NCBI RefSeq assembly: GCF_001194135.2
Contig: NC_068983.1
Coordinates: 8,770,259-8,834,258, forward strand
Direction of reading: 5' to 3'
Length of the DNA: 64,000 nucleotides
From: Octopus bimaculoides
Lineage: Eukaryota
Numbering within the stretch: position 1 is the first letter of the stretch; the number at the start of each line of letters is the position of its first letter. Both the position numbers and the translations under genes were made by a program. Under the pieces are notes generated by a model, which was not told the origin of the DNA, searched no databases, and saw nothing but the letters and a program-made list of their open reading frames with translations. Below are positions 11,435 to 27,777 of this stretch, piece by piece.

Positions 11435-14425
11435 GGCACGACCGAAATCTAATAACTGGATGAATATTGCTGCATCAGCATGTAGCGCGCTGATATCCTG
11501 CACATTTGAATATTGATCTTGGGAATTCTGCCCACAGAAAGCAGGAAGAATAATAGAAAGAATTATAGAAGACTGAAAGAATTAAAGAATAAGTTGGAGA
11601 AGATAGAAAGGAAGAGGGACAAAAGCAGAATGGGAGAAATAAAATAAATGTAGCGGATGTAATATAAACTAAAACTAAAGAAAACTATTTTATTAAATAA
11701 AAATAGCCCGAAGCATTTATAGTTCTATAGTGATAATGTCATTTTAATTGCTTCGAACAAGAACATTTCTGCTTCTCTATCAATTGTCTTGTGTTCTCCA
11801 TTAAATGCCACATTTTGTATATGTGGTAATAATATGGAAGCATTATTTTTTGATTTGCACCCGACATTTAGCAGCTGAAATTTTCCAAAAGGAAATTCTA
11901 TGCCAACATTCTATTATATGCGTTATGTATTCTTATTCTCAAAGATTGCTGTCATCTTTATGCAAATATCACATGTATTCTGGTTTATGTTTTCAGTATT
12001 TTCCTCGTGTTTGGCTGATTTTCTTTCTTTCTTTCTTTCTTTTCTTTTCTTTTTTTTTTTTTTCTCTTTAGTATTACAGAAATGGCCATTGGGCCAGAAG
12101 CATAGATCACAAATAATTTCTTGGATGCTGCTGTAATTTTCTACACTAAAATTTCTATTTCCATCGCCCGGTCATTTTTTCTCCATATTTCTTCTCCCCC
12201 CCCCTCTTCTCCTTTCTTCCTTCATCTCCTCTCTAGACTGCTTCACTGCGTGTCAATATGAAATATCGTTTCTAAAAATAGTAATGTAATNNNNNNNNNN
12301 NNNNNNNNNNNNNNNNNNNNNNNNNNNNNNNNNNNNNNNNNNNNNNNNNNNNNNNNNNNNNNNNNNNNNNNNNNNNNNNNNNNNNNNNNNNNNNNNNNNN
12401 NNNNNNNNNNNNNNNNNNNNNNNNNNNNNNNNNNNNNNNNNNNNNNNNNNNNNNNNNNNNNNNNNNNNNNNNNNNNNNNNNNNNNNNNNNNNNNNNNNNN
12501 NNNNNNNNNNNNNNNNNNNNNNNNNNNNNNNNNNNNNNNNNNNNNNNNNNNNNNNNNNNNNNNNNNNNNNNNNNNNNNNNNNNNNNNNNNNNNNNNNNNN
12601 NNNNNNNNNNNNNNNNNNNNNNNNNNNNNNNNNNNNNNNNNNNNNNNNNNNNNNNNNNNNNNNNNNNNNNNNNNNNNNNNNNNNNNNNNNNNNNNNNNNN
12701 NNNNNNNNNNNNNNNNNNNNNNNNNNNNNNNNNNNNNNNNNNNNNNNNNNNNNNNNNNNNNNNNNNNNNNNNNNNNNNNNNNNNNNNNNNNNNNNNNNNN
12801 NNNNNNNNNNNNNNNNNNNNNNNNNNNNNNNNNTATATATATATATTTATTTATTTATTTATGCCTAAAACATTTTGTATATATCTATGTATTGCGCACA
12901 TGCATATATATTCATTCTTTCTTATGAATGTGAATATGTGAACGTGGTGTGTATGTGTGTAAGCTGATCAGTTGCCAAAATTGCTAGAAATCTATGTTCA
13001 ATGCATTATGATATTTGTTACCGTCGTCTTCGATCTTAGTTCAAACCATACTGAGGTCGACTTTGTCATTCTTCCTCGCAATAACGATAAAGAGTATCCC
13101 TGGTGAATGCTTCTTCGGTGTTTCTAAATCACTGACCTCAGTCTGAAAGTATTAGCCAACAAATTGTACATGCTGATGCAAAATTAACCAGGGTTGCAAT
13201 TACGATTCGTAAATTAGACACTCGCAGAGACACACATACACACACACACACAAATACATGTACTTTAATTTTATACATACATAAATATACATATATATAA
13301 CGTGCACAAATACATATATACATGTATGTATGTATGTATGTATGTATGTATTATGGGGAGGCGATATGTATGCCTGTGTCTATAAATTTCTGGATAAACT
13401 CTACTCTCTCACTAAATTCCACTGAATAGGGGTATAATTTATTGATATACCGTGAATTTTTGCGATAATTATCGAATTGATTTTAGAAAAATTTGATATG
13501 CGACAGAAAAGAAAATGGCAAACGCAGTTGATTGACTGAAGTGAGCAGTAGACACATTAAAGTGTGCATAAACAAACTGAGTAGTAAACAGAATGAAATG
13601 TAGATGACCAGATCACGTGTTAAGGTCATCTCTAGAAATTTTCTGTAGAAATTATAGCCGACACTGATTTTGCTACGGCGTTTCCTATCCGAGACGCCAG
13701 ATGTAAACAACACTGTGATGGAAGATGAAAAATTGGATAATAGGTGTATATGCCATACTTCTGGTGTTTTTGCTCCGTCATCAGCATTGATCTAACCCAT
13801 TAATCACGCGCGAAATTATTGCTTAAATAATCATTATATATAGTGGTGTAACGTTACTAGACGGGAAAACATGAGGCTGCAAAGCAAGTTTTTAACTACA
13901 CGGATATACATGTATATTAGCATAGCCATATTTTAATTATGTTTCATTCGATTCTAACTTTCCGTATGACTAACATACTTGTTAGAGTTGGAAAAGTATT
14001 TTTAGGTTTATATCAAACGCCCCAGTTTATCTGCAACGGTTGCCTGTCGTTTATTTCTAACGGCTTTCAACTGATATCGAGCTCAGAATCTAAATTCAAA
14101 TCTAACGTTAATAAGTATCGAGTCCACTGGTTCATAGACATATGCACTCGGTGATTGTTAAGAGAATAATGGAATAGCTTTTAATGTCCTGAAAAAAAAA
14201 AAACTAAATTACTACGATTATGACTTCTAAGAAAGAAAATAATTAGTTATGTCATAAAAAGTAATCAGTCATGTGAATTAAAAGTGTTCTAATTGAACTT
14301 ACATGAAACTTTTATTTCTTTTATGTAACGAATAACAAACAACAGAATTAAACTTGTGTCCAATCTATTAACATTTACATAAACGTCATATATATGATTG
14401 TGTGCGTGTGTGTGTGTGTGTGTGC

Positions 14426-14464
<39 letters not shown>

Positions 14465-17400
14465 TGTGTGTGTGTGTGTGTNNNNNNNNNNNNNNNNNNN
14501 NNNNNNNNNNNNNNNNNNNNNNNNNNNNNNNNNNNNNNNNNNNNNNNNNNNNNNNNNNNNNNNNNNNNNNNNNNNNNNNNNNNNNNNNNNNNNNNNNNNN
14601 NNNNNNNNNNNNNNNNNNNNNNNNNNNNNNNNNNNNNNNNNNNNNNNNNNNNNNNNNNNNNNNNNNNNNNNNNNNNNNNNNNNNNNNNNNNNNNNNNNNN
14701 NNNNNNNNNNNNNNNNNNNNNNNNNNNNNNNNNNNNTATATATATATATATATATATATAATCTAACACTCTAATTCCAATATACACACACATCCTCTTT
14801 GACTCCTTCTCTCTCTCTCTCTCTCTCTCTCTGTCTATCTATCTCCCTCTCACTTTCTCTCTGACTATACACACACACACACATACACGCACACGTCCAT
14901 GTACATGAGGAAAATACGCAAACTGGGGGTAAAATAAAGAGTGAGAGAAAGAAGTGGAGATCGGCTTGACAGAAAGAAAGCGCAGAATCTGAGAAGCGTA
15001 GTCATTGAGTAGAAGGAAATGGAAATCTTTCAACGTTCCAAGCAAAAATTTCTTCTTCAAGACTTGGACAAAGAACAAAAAAAAATACACCTGGCTAGAG
15101 AGACAAATTTTATGCACGATATTAAAGAAGCATGATTGGAAAGAGAGAGTGTGAGAGAGTGATACATATTATAACTATTTTATTTTGTCATTCGTTGCTT
15201 GTTAGAATATTTCATAATATAAGCGCAGTAATATGTATGTTAATGCTCTTTTTCCACATTAGATGTGTGTGTGTATGTGTGTAAATATCTATCTACCTAT
15301 ATATATACATATGAACATTTATGTATATGTATTTATATATATATATATATGTGTGTGTGAATATATTTATGGATATATATATATATATACATACACACAC
15401 TCACACACACATATATATATAGATATATATGTATATATATACATATACATATATATATTTGTAGATATATATACATATATATTTATATTTGTAGATATAT
15501 ATATGTATGTATTCATATATGTGTGTGCATATGAAGGCATATATGTATATGTGGGTATGTGTGTGTGTATGTTTGTAAATAAATTATGTATACATACATA
15601 GGTGCATATGTGCATGTATGTGTTCATGCATGCATGTGTGTGTAACTATAATATGCATACATGCATACATACTTTTATACACACATACAAGCACATGCAG
15701 GCGCACACACACACATTCACATATAATTACATTCAAGATGACACTCAGGTATGCGTGTCTTCATAATCACATTCCTTGTGTCTGTGTTTCACTGCGCGTT
15801 TACTCCAAGACTTCTTTTATACACGTAAGTTTTTTTTAACAAAAGGTAAGTACGTATGTATATATGCATATGTTTGTACCTACGTATACATACATGCATA
15901 TATAAATGAAGAACTCTGAGTATGCTAATGCAATCACATGCATGAACATAAGTCCATTTGCAACATGCTTATTCGGTGATATACACTTTTATCCTTGTAC
16001 AAGCTGCATTGTAAAAGTGGGATTAGAGAGAAAATGATGTAATAATAGAAGAGATGCAGAAAGCAGTTAGTTATTTTAGATGTAAAAGGCTCTAAAAGAA
16101 ATACAATAAGGAATTTCACAGCGTGACAAACACATCATTTGCCTAATTATAACTGGCGGGCAAACAATGTAATTGGGACAGCGATAACACATCTAAATTA
16201 GATAGAAATTAGAAAGCGATGAAGAAATTCCATGTTATCAGGTTTTTTATTTTCTTTTGTATGGTCTTGCATCTTCGTTTTATATGTCGTGTGTTTTATT
16301 TTGGTTTTGTTTCTCATTATATAATGTTGTGTGTGTTCTCTGTGGTTATCTTTAGAATTGATAGTAAATATAATGAAGATGAACTCGTATAGTTACGAGA
16401 TGTATATCTCAGCATCTGCTGTTTAATCACTGCTTTTCTCTAATTTTGTTTCAGATTCAGATTTTGTCTTTTTTTTTGGGGGGGGGGGGGAGCTATAGAA
16501 ACTACAAAAGCTTTAGTTCGCATGCGCAAGAAGTAATCAAAATTTTAGACCATGAATATTTTGTTTTACGATCACCTGAAGTACCAGGTTCAATGGATTA
16601 GCGTAAAAGTGGTTGAATATTTCACTAACAGTAATTCTTATAATGTAAAGTAATTAATGTTATTGGCGTGGCGCAGTGTGGCATGCCTGACAATTAAAAT
16701 GGAAATCCAGTATATGCGACGGATTTCTACCTAAATTCAATACGATATGAGTTGATCCTAATTTATAGAAATGTCTACCTTTACAAGATTTCATGCAGTG
16801 GAATCGAATCCAGGGTTTTATATTTGCGAGACAAATTTCGTAAAACTTGTCATATTGCACATACAGATAGTTACACCGGAAAGAACGGTTCTCCATTCTT
16901 TCTTGCTAATGACATATAATAATATATCACTTCCTTTCGTCTTAAATACAGCGATTGAGAAACCAGACGAGGATCTCTCGTTGATAATTATAACTTGCCA
17001 AAGGCTTCGTGCTTTCCTTTACACTCCAAGATATCAAAACTTACTGGCGACCATAAACTTAAGTATTATGTTAGGTCAACTACAAGTGTAGCCTTCGTCT
17101 ACTCGATCGCTGCTGACATAGGCCTACGCAAATAGCAAATAATAATTAATGACAAAGCCTCTACGTGGTCACTCGTTCTACTAGAAACAATAGTCAAATC
17201 TCACTTATTCCTCATTCTACAGTGTTAGAAAAGGATAAGGGAATGAAGCACTCCAACAGCCCCTGTATTACGGAAAAAGACAGTTTTGTCAGAGCGTGAA
17301 CTCATTTCAGCACATGCCCACTCGACTTGATCTTAAACTGGGGTTTAACGAAAGCAACACCTGATAATGAATAAATAAATTACTTTTCTGTTATGATACC

Positions 17401-17917
17401 ATTGCTTTTCAGATAATCCAATTCATCTTCAGAGGTAAAATATTTATTTTTACTGTGTACGTTTCGATTAGTTTCATCATAGATAGTCGTTCACATTTCT
17501 AGAAATCTGATTCGTACTACGGATGATGCAAACTAGGCAGAGAAGTTGTTAGTTTGAAAGTAAGGTTAATCATATAATTATCCATTTATGTATAAGTAAT
17601 ATTACATTTTTAGATTATTTAAATTTGTCTTACAACGAATGCAATCATATGAAGTTGATAACATCTGACATCAAAACCGATATCATGGATTGGATTAGAA
17701 GTAAATATATGTGTTGCCTCTTTCAAGATTATTTATTCGAAGTTTCAAACGGTGTATCGGAATCAATTATGGAATATTTCACTCCAAAGCTGTTAGTAAC
17801 ACGCTGTTTTGTACCATATATATGCTCAGTCATTGCCGACTACGATACATCGATGCTTCGCCTTTCATTAAGGTTCCTGGATGTTCTAGTTTTAATATCT
17901 ATATACATGCATAGATG

Positions 17918-17977
<60 letters not shown>

Positions 17978-18714
17978 AATTCTAACAACACACCTCAGAG
18001 ATGCTTCGGTGAAGTTAAACTTACCTAAAAGAATCTACAATTTAATGACTGCGAAATTGGATCTCACAAGGTTTCGAGGATGGTGATTCAGTTTTTCGAT
18101 CATCAGAATTATTTCCTCATTGAAATGGAGTGTAAGTGGTTGAGTATTCCACAGACATGGGTACCCTTAACTTAATTCGCAGAATCTAAGTGGTAAAGTA
18201 CGTGAGAGCTCTTAACATTTAAATTAGAAAAAGAATCGTTCCAACGTGCTTCCAATGAAGTTTCTCTCTACCCATTTCCATAAACTGACCCATGACAATG
18301 GAAGAAGGGACGCGAGATTTAACGCAGTAGAATCGAAACCAAGACTTCATGCTTGCAAAGCAGCCTTTTCAAACATTAGGCCAAGCTGTACCAATAGCAA
18401 TTGCCTTTATGATATACGTACTGGCAGAACACAAAGCCACGCATTCGTAATTTTCGACGCCTGTTTATGAAATCGGAAAAGTGTGTTCATATCACAATCT
18501 GTCCTAACGACGAAATCAACACTTGAACACGCATATATGGATGCAGGTATACCCACACATACACACACAGATGTAAATGAATGCGCGTACATGTACACAT
18601 ACATGAATAAACGTGCGCGTGTGTTTGCGAGTGAGTGTGTGTGTATGTGTGTGTGTGCGTGTGCGTGGTGTAGAGTTGGAGGCGGTTGGCGTTTGGGTGT
18701 GCGTGTGTGTGTCT

Positions 18715-18835
18715 GGCTTCGGCTCAGTTTCATTCAGCAAATTCCACGCAGAATTCTTGGTGAATCAGATACGTTACCAAACACTTGCTACGTTGCAATA
18801 CAGTCGGTGGAAATCCCACGCAATATGAGGAAACA
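18715..18835 (-). mobile_element. Degenerate SINE-A copy
   Basis: GGCTTCGGCTCAGTTTCATTCAGCAAATTCCAC..ACACTTGC aligns loosely to the minus-strand copy at 21563-21700. Confidence 0.45.
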
Positions 18836-19061
18836 TAGATCTATGTGATTGTAGATTGACTTTCTTACAATAACTATTTCATGTGAGTCTGAATAACGGG
18901 GAATTGTGAAGTATTTTTTTTTTTAAATACCGCTTGTCTCACGAGAACATAAAGTAGATGAAAGACCTGGGGTGCATCATTAAAGTGTGTGAAATTGACC
19001 TGTAAGGAATCCTATAGTATATTGCTATCGACCATGACACAAATAACAACTGAATCTATGA

Positions 19062-19121
<60 letters not shown>

Positions 19122-19183
19122 CTTATTTCTCAATCTATCTATCTGTTATCTATCAATCTATTTGTTTATCTGTCTCTCCACTC

Positions 19184-19229
<46 letters not shown>

Positions 19230-19242
19230 TTATCTATCTATA

Positions 19243-19292
<50 letters not shown>

Positions 19293-19310
19293 CCTATCTG
19301 TCTATCTATT
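19062..19310. repeat. (TCTA)n array
   Basis: Seen directly. Confidence 0.97.
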
Positions 19311-21240
19311 CTTCTAGGGTGAACTTTAAACCGATATGTATATCATAGACTAGTCGCTAGGTCGAATACGTGTGACAAGACCTGTTGAGGTTGAATTTTT
19401 AATTTATTATAGAAATAAAATCAGTCCGACAGGCCTCCAAAATGTATCCCTCTATCCAGCTACAAAAACAAAGCCTACATCGGCATGACGTTATGTTAAA
19501 AACATTGACTTCTTTCAGATATTATACGATTGTATTGAACCCAGGTTCTCGAGATAGTAAAGCAATCTTCTTAACCGTTCGGCTCATTTGCGTATATATG
19601 ATTTATGATATTAGCACTCTCGGAACGGGAATTATTAGTTTGTAATACGGACTGTAGTAATTGAATGGCAATTTATTTTATCGAAACCAGAAGATTAAAA
19701 GGTAGAGACGTTCTACTCCAGATTAGAACTCCGAATTAATGGGTTGCAACTCAGCTCCACACTTTGATATACTATGCATTTGAGATTCTACACCTTCGGA
19801 TTCCAGCTGGCGGCAAATCTAATTACTGAATAGATTTCTTAGTTTCGAATAACTATGTGAACTGGATAATACTTGCCAATTCAGCTTAGAGAGAGGTCAA
19901 GCAATTGACATGAATGAAATAACACTGCAATGTTAGTTTTCTCTTCTGCGAAAAGACAACTGTTACAGGGTTTCAAGTACCGTTCACTTCAAGTTCCTAT
20001 AACAAGAGTTGCACTTCATTTAATGATCATGTGATGAGCATGAAGGTCACACAATTCAAGCTCTCACTTCTCTACAATATATGACATTAGCTTTGCGTCA
20101 ATTTGAAAATGAGACCATATACGCATTAATCATTTTTGTTCTATAGTTCTGCAGTCTAGAATGTTGACCCTCAAAATTTCTCTTGTCAACGAAATTATAT
20201 TGGAAGAGTACTGCTGTGCAATTAAACGGAGTTCCCCCGCTAAGGTTGTAAATAAAATAAGCTACCTAGTCATTAGACACGTCAGATCGACAGAAGAAGG
20301 CAGATAACTAGAAAGTGAGGGAGAGAGGGGGTACAGAGATAGACAGAGAGAAAGAGAATTAAAAAGACATATAGTGACTGACGTATATATTGAACGAGTT
20401 ATAGTGTAAATAACTTTAAGTTGATTTAGCAATATATCATATTAATAGTTTCCTCGCAATATGAAATAGAGTGTCGAACTAAAAAGCAAGAAGTATTGAA
20501 TTACCTCATTTTGTAATCAGCGTTCAAATTCTGCCATTACCAAATATGGCCTTCATCCTTCCGTGATGGATATAATAAAGCCGGGTCAAGTATTACGACT
20601 TCATCGTCATAGTCTGCATACATACATACTCACACACACACACACACACACTCACAAACATATGCGCGCAAATGAGTGTGTGTGTGTGCGTCAGATGGCA
20701 AATGGAAGTATAATAGAAGATATCGCATTGAAGAAGCCCTCAAAGTCTTTCAAAATATCTCAGGTGAGGTTTTTCTTATACTCTCCCTGCTCTAAATGGC
20801 CACCATTGTTCTATGGCATTATATCTTACCGTTTTCCCTTCTTAAATAAGGGGAAATGATCATTGCAGATCTTAACGAAACTAAGAACACATCATAATGA
20901 CTGATTATTATCTTTATAGCCAGAACCTATTTCAGACCTCATCAAGTTTATAGTACCATTAAAGCTCAGGTACAACCCCCAGGGGAGTATTGCAATACGA
21001 AAGATAACAGACTATCCCGTAACAGGCTATCACGCTGATTCCATCTAAGAATTAGGTTAAGTGTATACATATATGTGGAATGCCTAGCCGCATAAACGCT
21101 TCCGCAGGAGCGGGGAATTCAGTTAGAGAAACATTGCAATCCTCTTATCGAGCGATAAAAATCAACCATCAACATCACCACCATACTAACGCACAGGATT
21201 CTTTCCGAAATTTTTTCATGCGCTCGTCAACGCAGTCTCT

Positions 21241-21710
<470 letters not shown>

Positions 21711-22577
21711 TCGACAATATTTTACGTTTTGACTTGATACTTCTCGAGGAATGTTCATAGATTCTGCTACTTTACGATGAAGACTTTCATTCTGAACAAA
21801 ATGTTTTTTCCTGAAAATTTATTCTTCTACTGAATTGACCCACTATGTCGTGACCATGCTGTGGCATCACCTCCAATACTTTTAATAAATCACATCTAGG
21901 TTAATATTCATACCATCTGCCGCTTTCTTTATTTCCACCGCATTTGTCGAATAATTAAGCTACTCTTCAACGTAACTGGAAATATCCGCTCATCAGTTAG
22001 TTTACACCGTTAAACATATTCAAATACACACTCACGTTGTGTATTTCAACAGATTAAAAATCCTGTTTCCCAGGATACAGTTTGTTTATAGTAATTTATT
22101 CATATATCATCCCCTATGTATTATATTATCTTATTATATATTTTGTATTGAAAATGTTGCATAGTTATTATTGTGTTGAATGTATCAAACAATGCACATA
22201 TTGTTTATATTTTACATGAAATAATGTGACTCCTAGCCTTTGTTATAATGATACATTTAACAACGGTTAGTCAAATAATGGAGTTTACATATACAATATG
22301 TATACGGCTACGTAAAAATAAAACCAAACATTTCCATTTTATAGCTATTTTAAAAATCACTCATCTACTTATGGAAGATCAATTTTAACAATATAATAAG
22401 ACAAAGCTTGCGTTCCAACAAAGAGTTCTTTACATTGAAATGTTTTCAATAATGTTATTTTGTTAGAAGACGAAAAAATTGATGCATTGATCCTTCTCGT
22501 GCAGATAAGAACCGAAGTTAAGAGGTTTCAAATACCGTTTTCCGCGCTCAGGATGTATTTATATTTTCCATAAGATG

Positions 22578-22614
<37 letters not shown>

Positions 22615-23057
22615 NNNNNNNNNNNNNNNNNNNNNNNNNNNNNNNNNNNNNNNNNNNNNNNNNNNNNNNNNNNNNNNNNNNNNNNNNNNNNNNNNNNNNN
22701 NNNNNNNNNNNNNNNNNNNNNNNNNNNNNNNNNNNNNNNNNNNNNNNNNNNNNNNNNNNNNNNNNNNNNNNNNNNNNNNNNNNNNNNNNNNNNNNNNNNN
22801 NNNNNNNNNNNNNNNNNNNNNNNNNNNNNNNNNNNNNNNNNNNNNNNNNNNNNNNNNNNNNNNNNNNNNNNNNNNNNNNNNNNNNNNNNNNNNNNNNNNN
22901 NNNNNNNNNNNNNNNNNNNNNNNNNNNNNNNNNNNNNNNNNNNNNNNNNNNNNNNNNNNNNNNNNNNNNNNNNNNNNNNNNNNNNNNNNNNNNNNNNNNN
23001 NNNNNNNNNNNNNNNNNNNNNNNNNNNNNNNNNNNNNNNNNNNNNNNNNNNNNNNNN

Positions 23058-23168
<111 letters not shown>

Positions 23169-24314
23169 AGAGAGAGTGAGAGAGAGGAGCGAATATGAGA
23201 GTTGGTGAGTTTATGCTACTTAGCATCTCTTTCCAAAAGCCTCTACTTTGTTTATGATTAATATTAGGCGGCACCGTGGCAAAGGATGAGTGGGATGATT
23301 CAACCCAGGTGGCACATCTTGGTCTGATCCATTAACCTGTATTAGCCCAGTGCAAAAACCTAATCAACATGGAGGTGTCGCGTCGAATATGAAACTAGAT
23401 CATTTAATACCATGTATTTCTGTATTCATGTCATCTTAAGTATACATTCGCCAAAATATATAGCCTGGCAGTTTATTGTTCTCCTAAATATATTTGTTGT
23501 TATTTTGTTGCAGATCAGAGATAATGTAACAGACCTCTGACCATATGTGATCTAGCAATATCCATCGCATCTTTGGTACAACGTACAACATCACGTATTA
23601 AATATATTACCCGATTTAATCACGGCCTTTTATATATATATATATATATATTGGAACATGGAGTAATTTGAGGATGTTAAGTAGCTATAACTAGCAATGA
23701 AACCCTAAATATCTGTCTCTCTAAGCTATATTCCTCACTATCTCACTCCCTCTCTCTCTCTTTCTCTCTCTCTCTACTCGCGTGCTCGCACACATTAATA
23801 TTATATAACTTTATCTTATTCGCTCACACACATGTATGTGTTATATGAAAAATACATACGTTATATATATATATATATATGAAAATATTTCTTAAAAGCT
23901 TATGCTAAAGAAAACTGATATATTGATCTGTTTAATCAATAAATATCTATGGAAACTAGTTAATAGACTGATGATTAATTCCAACTTTTTATCTTAGCGA
24001 ATTATACAGTTTTACTTTTACTCTTTCTATCATTTTTTTTCTATTGCATTTTCACCTCCATCTTCATACTCCGAGTATATTTCAGCATCTACTTCAATTT
24101 TGACAAGATCAAATACTTTAGAAAATATTTGATGAACATGATGGAAATAAAATGAAGTTAATAATTACCTATTTATGGTCGTTAATTTTCCTTTTCTTTC
24201 ACTCCAAATTAACAGAGATATGTTTGTAGATGTTTATGTCTTAAATTGAATGTAAAGTAAACACGCACCCCAACGATATGTGTGTGTGTGTGTTTGTGTG
24301 TACGTATGTAAATG

Positions 24315-24346
<32 letters not shown>

Positions 24347-25052
24347 CTTGGCATCGACCAGATGATCGGATGGTTTTATACATCGCTGGTCACAATGCGC
24401 TTTGCATCCTTTTGATTGATGCCACTCCGCTACATACACACACACACACGCACACACACACGTACACACATACACAAACACACTCACTCACTCTTTCACA
24501 CACTCACATACACACATAGACACATATAAACAGACTCAAATGTGAACCCATACTGCCCTACGCTACTCAAAAATAACATACATATACTAACATGTAATAT
24601 GAGCATGCGTGCGTGTATGCGTGTGTGTATGTGTGTGTGTGTGTATGTGTGCCTTGGGCGTGATAGTGTGTCAATACACGAGTGTCTGAATGTGTATTCG
24701 TATATAAACACACACACACACACACACACACTCATGTATAGGTATATATACACTTATACATCCATATATCTATAAGTACGCACATATAGTGTGTAGGTGT
24801 AATACGTGGTAAGTGAATTTATTAGAAGTTAGGTGAAAAATCTTCAAAAGAACATTTTATTAACGATTTAATTAACATTCAATCATTTTATATTTTAATA
24901 GAAACACTTCAGAAATTAGTCGCCTAGTTTATTTCTTCATTACCATTATCAGAGCATTTATCGAATTTGTATACTTCAGACTGCATTCTCACATCATTTT
25001 AATTTATTTTTCACTCTTTACACGTTCCTAATCCCTCTCACTCCATTTCTCA

Positions 25053-25108
<56 letters not shown>

Positions 25109-26082
25109 NNNNNNNNNNNNNNNNNNNNNNNNNNNNNNNNNNNNNNNNNNNNNNNNNNNNNNNNNNNNNNNNNNNNNNNNNNNNNNNNNNNNNNNNNNNN
25201 NNNNNNNNNNNNNNNNNNNNNNNNNNNNNNNNNNNNNNNNNNNNNNNNNNNNNNNNNNNNNNNNNNNNNNNNNNNNNNNNNNNNNNNNNNNNNNNNNNNN
25301 NNNNNNNNNNNNNNNNNNNNNNNNNNNNNNNNNNNNNNNNGCAGTAATAAGAAAATGATGAGAAAGAAACAAACGAATTTCTTTTGGGCTTCATAAACTA
25401 ATAGTTTATTTTCTTATCATCCCCGTTCTTCTAGATACGCATTATATACATACATACATATATACACACACACACGCACACACACAGACACACACACTCA
25501 TACATATATATGTATATATATATACACATACATAAACATATTTATATGATATTTTGTATATATGCATATAAACATGTTTATGTGTGTGTGCGTATGTGTG
25601 TGTGAATGATATATGTGTGTTGCGTAGAGAGCAGTAATAAGAAAATGATGAGAAAGAAACAAACGAATTTCTTTTGGGCTTCATAAACTAATAGTTTATT
25701 TTCTTATCATCCCCGTTCTTCTAGATACGCATTATATACATACATACATATATACACACACACACGCACACACACACACACATGTATAACCATATGTATG
25801 TATATATCTATTCTTGTGCCTGTATTTGAGTATCTCGACCTACATTCCCAGGGTGAACACTGTAAACATACCTGTCCCACTTAAATTATTATTACCTCTG
25901 AGCAGCTCATAACATGACGTGTTTACATTTTTGCTCGTTAAATAAAGATTTATTAATTAGCCACTGTTATGTGAAATGCGAAACCGTTGTGTTAGTCAAA
26001 TGAAGGTGCAGCCTGCCAAAACTCACACAAAAAGCCTTTATGGGCTGTGAGATAATTTTAAAGAATTGTTCCAAATGTGCAG

Positions 26083-26226
26083 ACATGGCCGTATCTCTTA
26101 AGAAAATCGCTTTGCAACCACGTAGTTTCGGTATCAGCTCCACTGTACAGCATCTTAGGCAAGTGTATTCTTCTATAGGCCTGGGCCAATCAATACCTTG
26201 CGAGTAGATTTTGTGCACGGAAACTG
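26083..26226 (+). mobile_element. Degenerate SINE-A copy
   Basis: CAACCACGTAGTTTCGG..CATCTTAGGCAAGTG..GGAAACTG. Confidence 0.55.
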
Positions 26227-27318
26227 ATAAAAATATTTTCCCCTTTTTGCTCGATTAAATTAAATTGATATAAGTCATAGCACCGACCTCTTACTGAATT
26301 TGTATACTCTCTCATTGATTAAATATGTCACTGCTTTGAAATAAATTGTATTGCCAAGCTTCACCTGTCGTGCATCTGTGTATAAGGCATTATTGAAATG
26401 TGTACATCCTACCAGCATAAACATGATCAACGTCTAAACGTTGTTGTTATCGCATAAAAGTACACTTTCAATTAGACAATGCTTCTATTTTCATTCAAAC
26501 GTTTTCATAATTGATATATGACTCTCCCGCTGAGAAAGATGTATGGAGGTAAAGTTTTGTGAGTGGGCTACCTAATGATCTACTCAGTAAATTAGTTTTA
26601 GACTTTTGTGGATTAATTCACAGATACCTGTGATTGTGTTGGATCTCCGTCGTTCAGCGATAAGCATTCTACTGTTTTGTATACTGAATTACTTGTTCAT
26701 GTAATTAACGTGTATGTGTCTGAATATTCCATAGTCTACGTGTACTTTTCTCAGTCAGAATCAATGTCACACTGTATGTCGCAATTGTATTTCTTGAGTA
26801 ATAAATATAATACATCCCTAACGGGCTTCTGTACAGTTTTCGTTTGCTCATTGCATTGCCACTCACAAGTTATACGTCAACATAAGCAGCAGGATACTTC
26901 GTGGTAGAATCGAACTCGAGATCCCGTGGTTACAAAGCAAACTTTTTACTCATTCGGATCTTCTGCGCTTATGCAGATACATGCCCGCTTCACATGTATC
27001 AATTAGAAACAGTTTGTGTGTGACGAACGTGGACATTTGCCGTGGATAATTCTCCTCTGTTTCCCTAAACCGATTTCACCTTTACGCCTTGGTTGAATTG
27101 AGGCTGTAATAGAAGACGTTTACTAAATATGCCACATACCGGATTCATATCAGAAACTCGTGATTGCAGGAAGCCTAAACCAGGCGACAAAGGGAGCTTA
27201 TGCATACTTATTATATAATTATATACGCACATATACATGTATACACGAGCGCACACACATATACACCATTGTACAAGTCTCTCTGTATTTATGTTTGTAT
27301 GAGTGTGTGTCCAGGCAC

Positions 27319-27355
<37 letters not shown>

Positions 27356-27458
27356 AGCTTATGGAGATTTTCTTGTTAATGTATACACTATCTAAAAATT
27401 TAAATCACTAGAAATAAGGAAGAGTGCTAAACCAAGATTTAAACAGGGGGAATTAATC

Positions 27459-27730
27459 TTAAAATGCCACACTAACTTTCAAAGCGTAGTCTAAATGGAA
27501 TGACAGCTTAAGAGGGAGTTTCAAGTGACATACCACCACACGAATTAGTGATAAGTTTGAAACAGATGAAACTGTCCATACGGATCGTTTCTGAAAAGCG
27601 TGGACATCGACAAGCACCACAAAGCAAGAAAATGTACGCGAAACATAATGCCAGATTTCAAGAAAATATGAGTCAAACTGGTCGTGAGACAAGAAATATC
27701 AAATTCAAGAGTCCATTACATTTTGAAACA
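27459..27730 (+). pseudogene. Tc1/mariner-superfamily transposase N-terminus (DUF4817-like HTH, DD41D/rosa-like), degraded
   Basis: LKCHTNFQSVV*ME*QLKREFQV..PP..RISDKFETDETVH...TSTSTTKQENV...SQTGRET..SRVHYILKH resembles the WRREF..PPTR..I.DKFE.DGTV...GRP.TST...ISKSSVHRILK pattern. Confidence 0.6.
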
Positions 27731-27777
27731 TTACCATAAGAAATTTTACATTAAAAGAATAATCATTGACAATGATC

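Noticed and set aside
17413-17434. 22-nt AG..GT-bounded micro-exon candidate
   Set aside because: It is not frame-preserving and has no supporting neighbouring exons; the signal is at chance level.
17625-18086. 153-aa ORF
   Set aside because: No recognisable motif, a non-ATG start, and it spans a (GA)n tract. A rough estimate says about one ORF of this length is expected by chance in 64 kb.
25341-25776. Identical 146-bp direct repeat (25341-25486 and 25631-25776)
   Set aside because: The first copy starts exactly at a gap edge, so it is most likely a contig-overlap or haplotype artefact.
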